DNA of 64,000 nucleotides from Promethearchaeati archaeon SRVP18_Atabeyarchaeia-1 (lineage in GTDB: Archaea > Asgardarchaeota > Atabeyarchaeia > Atabeyarchaeales > Atabeyarchaeaceae): NCBI GenBank assembly GCA_037308085.1, contig CP147779.1, positions 1,792,001 through 1,856,000 on the forward strand, written 5' to 3'. The stretch's first letter is position 1; each line of letters starts with the position of its first letter. Positions 60,514-64,000 of the stretch are shown one piece after another. Position numbers and translations under genes: made by a program. The notes beneath the pieces are model-generated. The model saw only the letters and a list, made by a program, of their open reading frames with translations. It made no database searches and was not told the DNA's origin.

Positions 60514-61518
60514 TCATGTAAGCACGCCTTGGCTGGGGCCGTTTTGACGCTTTTTGTGGCTTCTCTCTTTCCGGGGCGCGCCTTCACTGGGCTTACGTTG
60601 GCTTGGAAGCAATTGTCTCAGGCGGTCCCTTTGAACTAGCAGTTCGATTCTCTGCATTGCTCTTTCTACGTATTCCTGGTTGATGTCGATGCCTATGTAG
60701 TGTCTACCGGTGTTTCTCGCTGCAAGGCAAGTCGCACCTGCGCCGCAGAACGGATCCAAGACCACTTCTCCCTTGAAGGTGTAAAGCTGTATGCACCTGT
60801 AGGGCAGCTCGACAGGAAAAGGCGCCGGGTGCCCTACTTTCTCTGCAGACTCTGGCTGGAATTCCCATACGCTTTTGGTGTATTCGAGAAACTCCTCCTT
60901 TGATATTGTAGGTTCTCTTCCCTTGTCACTTCTCCCAAATTTGCCTTTAGAGAAGACTAGTATGTACTCGTGTGTGTCCCTTAGGGTTGGATTTGTGGGT
61001 GATAGCCAGCTTCCCCACGCGGTTGAGGCGCCAGCGCCTGCTCCCTTGTTCCATATGACTTCTCCTCTCATCAGGAAGCCGACTTCTGTCATGACGTCTA
61101 TCACGAACTTGTGGTACGGAATGTAGGGCTTCCTCCCAACGTTTGCGATGTTGATGCAGGCCCTGCCTCCATTGACGAGTACTCTGTTTGTCTCGGAGAA
61201 GACGCCTTTCAACAATCCTGAGTATTCCTCAAGGTTCAGGTCTTCGTCGTATTCCTTTCCCACATTGTAGGGAGGTGAGGTGACCATGAGGTGGACGCTG
61301 CTATCCGGGATACTGTTCATCTTTCTTGAATCGCTGCACAGAACTCTGTCCAGTACTTCGGGAGGAATAGGATTCTCAATTTCGGGTTCGCCCTCTGCTA
61401 CTTTTAGGTCTTGGTACAGCTTGCCCCGGTAGAATGGGGTGGAGTCGTGGCACTCCCTCTTCGAAACGCCGAACCTGCTAGTCTTGGTTCCCCTCACCAT
61501 AAGGATCTTCCTCTCCAC
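60514..61518 (-). CDS. Orphan N4-C/N6-A DNA methyltransferase (beta class)
   Basis: TSPPY (motif IV) before HPAPFP and VLDPFCGAG (motif I). Confidence 0.9.
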   Translation of the reverse strand: MERKILMVRGTKTSRFGVSKRECHDSTPFYRGKLYQDLKVAEGEPEIENPIPPEVLDRVLCSDSRKMNSIPDSSVHLMVTSPPYNVGKEYDEDLNLEEYSGLLKGVFSETNRVLVNGGRACINIANVGRKPYIPYHKFVIDVMTEVGFLMRGEVIWNKGAGAGASTAWGSWLSPTNPTLRDTHEYILVFSKGKFGRSDKGREPTISKEEFLEYTKSVWEFQPESAEKVGHPAPFPVELPYRCIQLYTFKGEVVLDPFCGAGATCLAARNTGRHYIGIDINQEYVERAMQRIELLVQRDRLRQLLPSQRKPSEGAPRKERSHKKRQNGPSQGVLT

Positions 61519-61787
61519 TCGTTGCCTAAGAACTCACTCTTCAATACCGATCAGATCAAGTTAGAATACAACACGTCTAAATGGTTATCTCTAGAGACTC
61601 TAGTGTAATATTCGTGAACAAGATTCGATCTAGCAAAAAGCAGAGCGTCTCGTGCCGCTCCTCTCAAAACGCCGGTCTCTGCTTGGATATCATGCTCTCG
61701 TTGATTTCCCGTAATGTCCGTCGTCCCACGTATTCTCCCCTTGCTTCAGCGAAGCCAGCTTCAGGTTAGATTATTACAGACGCGGGC

Positions 61788-62009
61788 CAGAAATCCCACG
61801 CCCTTTAGAGGTGGGGTGAGTGGGGGGTATGAATAGGGGAACGTGCATCTGTCTCTGCAATAGGCACGGTGCGTGCCGAATCTACGCCTGCGGAGATCGA
61901 AGCCGCTACTCCCGCGCCCCTGGGCGCGTCAACGGTGCCCCAAACGCGCCAAGGCAAGCTCGGTCCATGAGCCAGGAAGCCAACACGCCTTAGCGCGTTG
62001 GCAGCTCAC
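61788..62009 (+). mobile_element. Gene-less IS200/IS605-type mini element (PATE/MITE) with omegaRNA-like scaffold, copy 2
   Basis: Left hairpin region ATCCCACGCCCTTTAGAGGTGGGGT; core GAATCTACGCCTGCGGAGATC...AGGCAAGCTCGGTCCATGA; right end GAAGCCAACACGCCTTAGCGCGTTGGCAGCTCAC ending in TCAC. Confidence 0.7.
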
Positions 62010-62093
62010 TACTCTAGGCAACTGTCACGTGTCGCAGAAGCAATGTATTTATGGATGAAGCCGGATAGTTGTATTGCCGCAGTTACTTGTAGC

Positions 62094-64000
62094 ATGGGGG
62101 GAACGCAGTTAAAGCGCGGCGAGAAACGTTATGCGCTTCTATTTGTGGCAATGCTGATCTTCACTGGGCTCTCCTACCAATTCGCGCCCAGTACGTTGAA
62201 TACTTCTACTCCAAGCCAAGAGCACTCAAGAACCCCATACATATCTACGCCTTTCAGCATAACCCTGCTGGTACCTGGCGCAAACCCGCAGAGACAAGCT
62301 TGTGCGCAAATGGTCGCGGCCAACATGCGCAGCATTGGCATACAAGTGCAGACGGTCATTGCTTCATGGGCTCAGACCTACTCGAGGGTTCTGACGCCTG
62401 ATCAGTATGTGATTGGGAAGCCCTATGATCAGGGCGGTTTCGACATGGTATTTATTGGATATTCTCTGGGTCCCGATCCAGATCCATACACCTTGTACCA
62501 TAGCAGTCAATTCGCCCCGTATGGAGAGAACTACTACCTCTGGAACGACTCATACAACGATGCATTATGCTACAACATAACGCACACAGTCGACCCTACA
62601 CTGCGTCTTCAATACGTTCATCAATGGCAGGCATACGCCTACAACTGGACACCTAGCGTGGCAATCTACTACAACAAAGAGGTCGTAGCCTTCAAGCCAA
62701 GCTTCCAGTCAGCACCATTCCAGAATAACCACTATCCACAGTGGCCTGGCGTTGAGCAATGGAACGACACAGCGGGCTCAACCAACGTCAAGATTGCGCA
62801 GATAGGACCCTTTGGTCCTGGCGGTGGCCAGGGTCTTGTCCCATACCTTACCTCGTCATACTACGACTTGACGGCCTACGGACCCATCTTCGGTGAACTT
62901 GGCGGCTCTGGGCTGCTTACCAGGGATCAGTCAGGAGCAATGGTGCCCTACGTGGCTTACGGCAACTACACAGCTACCGCTGGCGGCAAGAACTGGACCT
63001 TTTGGATTCGTCCTGGAATCACGTTCCAGGATGGCACGCCACTTGATGGTAGGGACTTTGTCTATACGCTGAGATACGAGATGACTCCTGCCTCCGGATC
63101 GGCTGGAACAGGAGCGTACAACTACGTGTCTGGCATCATCTGTGGTTCCGATGTCAGCGCTGGTATAGCCGCGGGATATGGCAATAGAACTGTCTACTGG
63201 GCAGGTGAGCAGGGAACACCAGGAGCGGGGCTGCCGTTGAACTACTATGAGGTTCACGTCGACCAAGAAGCTGCTTGGGCTTACACGGAAAGTGACATCG
63301 GAGGTTCCTCAATCCTGCCGGCAGAAGCCTTGGTAAACAGCAGCGCAGGAGTCCCAAACTACAGCGCCTGGAATCCATCTAATGCGGCTGTCCTTCAAGG
63401 CACATCGTACAACACTGGAACGTCAGGAACTTATGTGTACTATGATAAAACAGGATCATTGATGCCGGCCAGATCTGGGCCTTTCGGTGCTGGTCCGTAC
63501 AAGTGGATTAGCTACGACACAGGCACGTTTACTTCGCATGAGCAGAAGTTCAGTGGCTACTTCAGACGCTCTGCCCTTGAGGCCGCGGGTGTCTACAGGT
63601 TCACGGACTACTACGTCGAGTACATCAGCAGCGCTACGGCTGCAATAGCTGCTCTGCAGTCTGGCAGTGTTCAGGTGCTCGACTCACAATACCACTTGGA
63701 GAACTTTTTGGGTTCACTCAATCCTTCGTGGTCTAGTCTGACTTCCTACGATGGGTACGGCGTACAGGAGATGGGTTTCAACTTGCGCCACCCGATCTGG
63801 GGGACTGGTCTGGGCACTCCTCTAGGTCAGTCTAATCCAGCGAGGGCAGCCGAAGCCGCTTGGCACGTTAGACGCGCAATAGAGTACCTAGTTCCGAAGG
63901 ACACCATAATCAAGCAGGTTCTCAATGGGTATGGCACATATGGTATCACAACCCCGATTACCCGGAAGACCCTCGGCTTTGACACGAGTATCGTTCCTCG
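62094..64000 (+). CDS. Third permuted family 5 solute-binding protein (partial, runs off the right edge)
   Basis: Not in the ORF track; read by hand from ATG 62094 (MGGTQLKRGEKRYALLFVAML...LLVPGANPQRQA...); long near-identical DNA stretches shared with 55646..57712. Confidence 0.85.
   Translation, partial: MGGTQLKRGEKRYALLFVAMLIFTGLSYQFAPSTLNTSTPSQEHSRTPYISTPFSITLLVPGANPQRQACAQMVAANMRSIGIQVQTVIASWAQTYSRVLTPDQYVIGKPYDQGGFDMVFIGYSLGPDPDPYTLYHSSQFAPYGENYYLWNDSYNDALCYNITHTVDPTLRLQYVHQWQAYAYNWTPSVAIYYNKEVVAFKPSFQSAPFQNNHYPQWPGVEQWNDTAGSTNVKIAQIGPFGPGGGQGLVPYLTSSYYDLTAYGPIFGELGGSGLLTRDQSGAMVPYVAYGNYTATAGGKNWTFWIRPGITFQDGTPLDGRDFVYTLRYEMTPASGSAGTGAYNYVSGIICGSDVSAGIAAGYGNRTVYWAGEQGTPGAGLPLNYYEVHVDQEAAWAYTESDIGGSSILPAEALVNSSAGVPNYSAWNPSNAAVLQGTSYNTGTSGTYVYYDKTGSLMPARSGPFGAGPYKWISYDTGTFTSHEQKFSGYFRRSALEAAGVYRFTDYYVEYISSATAAIAALQSGSVQVLDSQYHLENFLGSLNPSWSSLTSYDGYGVQEMGFNLRHPIWGTGLGTPLGQSNPARAAEAAWHVRRAIEYLVPKDTIIKQVLNGYGTYGITTPITRKTLGFDTSIVP

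Noticed and set aside
61873-62058. 61-aa ORF or tRNA-like GC-rich structure
   Set aside because: No tRNA cloverleaf or T-loop consensus; explained by the omegaRNA-like scaffold

Overview
Gene-dense archaeal chromosomal segment, most likely from an Asgard archaeon. This rests on a Rab-like small GTPase, a roadblock/LC7 protein, RING-like fingers, a JAMM protease, and Hdr/Mvh, MtrH and corrinoid genes; the lineage is an inference. Metabolic content includes an HdrA/HdrCB/HdrA/HdrA-MvhD-MvhG-MvhA cluster, a DtxR-feoAAB iron-uptake operon, a CoA-transferase pair, a pyruvate oxidase-like enzyme, methyltransferase/corrinoid genes, MFS transporters and a P-type ATPase. Main unusual observations: (1) an intact TnpB inside a 1263-bp element bounded by IS6-like terminal inverted repeats and an 8-bp target-site duplication, which is not the usual IS200/IS605 arrangement; (2) three circularly permuted family-5 solute-binding proteins, one fused through a single TM helix to a cytoplasmic zinc ribbon and RING-like finger (a candidate ligand-sensing receptor E3 ligase), with the same Zn-ribbon+RING cassette on a second membrane protein; (3) two ~220-bp gene-less IS605-type mini-elements that keep an omegaRNA-like scaffold; (4) a WBP2-like GRAM/PH protein with a PPxY motif; (5) a Rab-like GTPase adjacent to a TackOD1-type zinc protein; (6) a hydrogenase large subunit with no canonical start codon and no C-terminal Ni-binding motif. 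No rRNA, tRNA or CRISPR array was recognised. All family assignments come from motif recognition by eye, not database searches.
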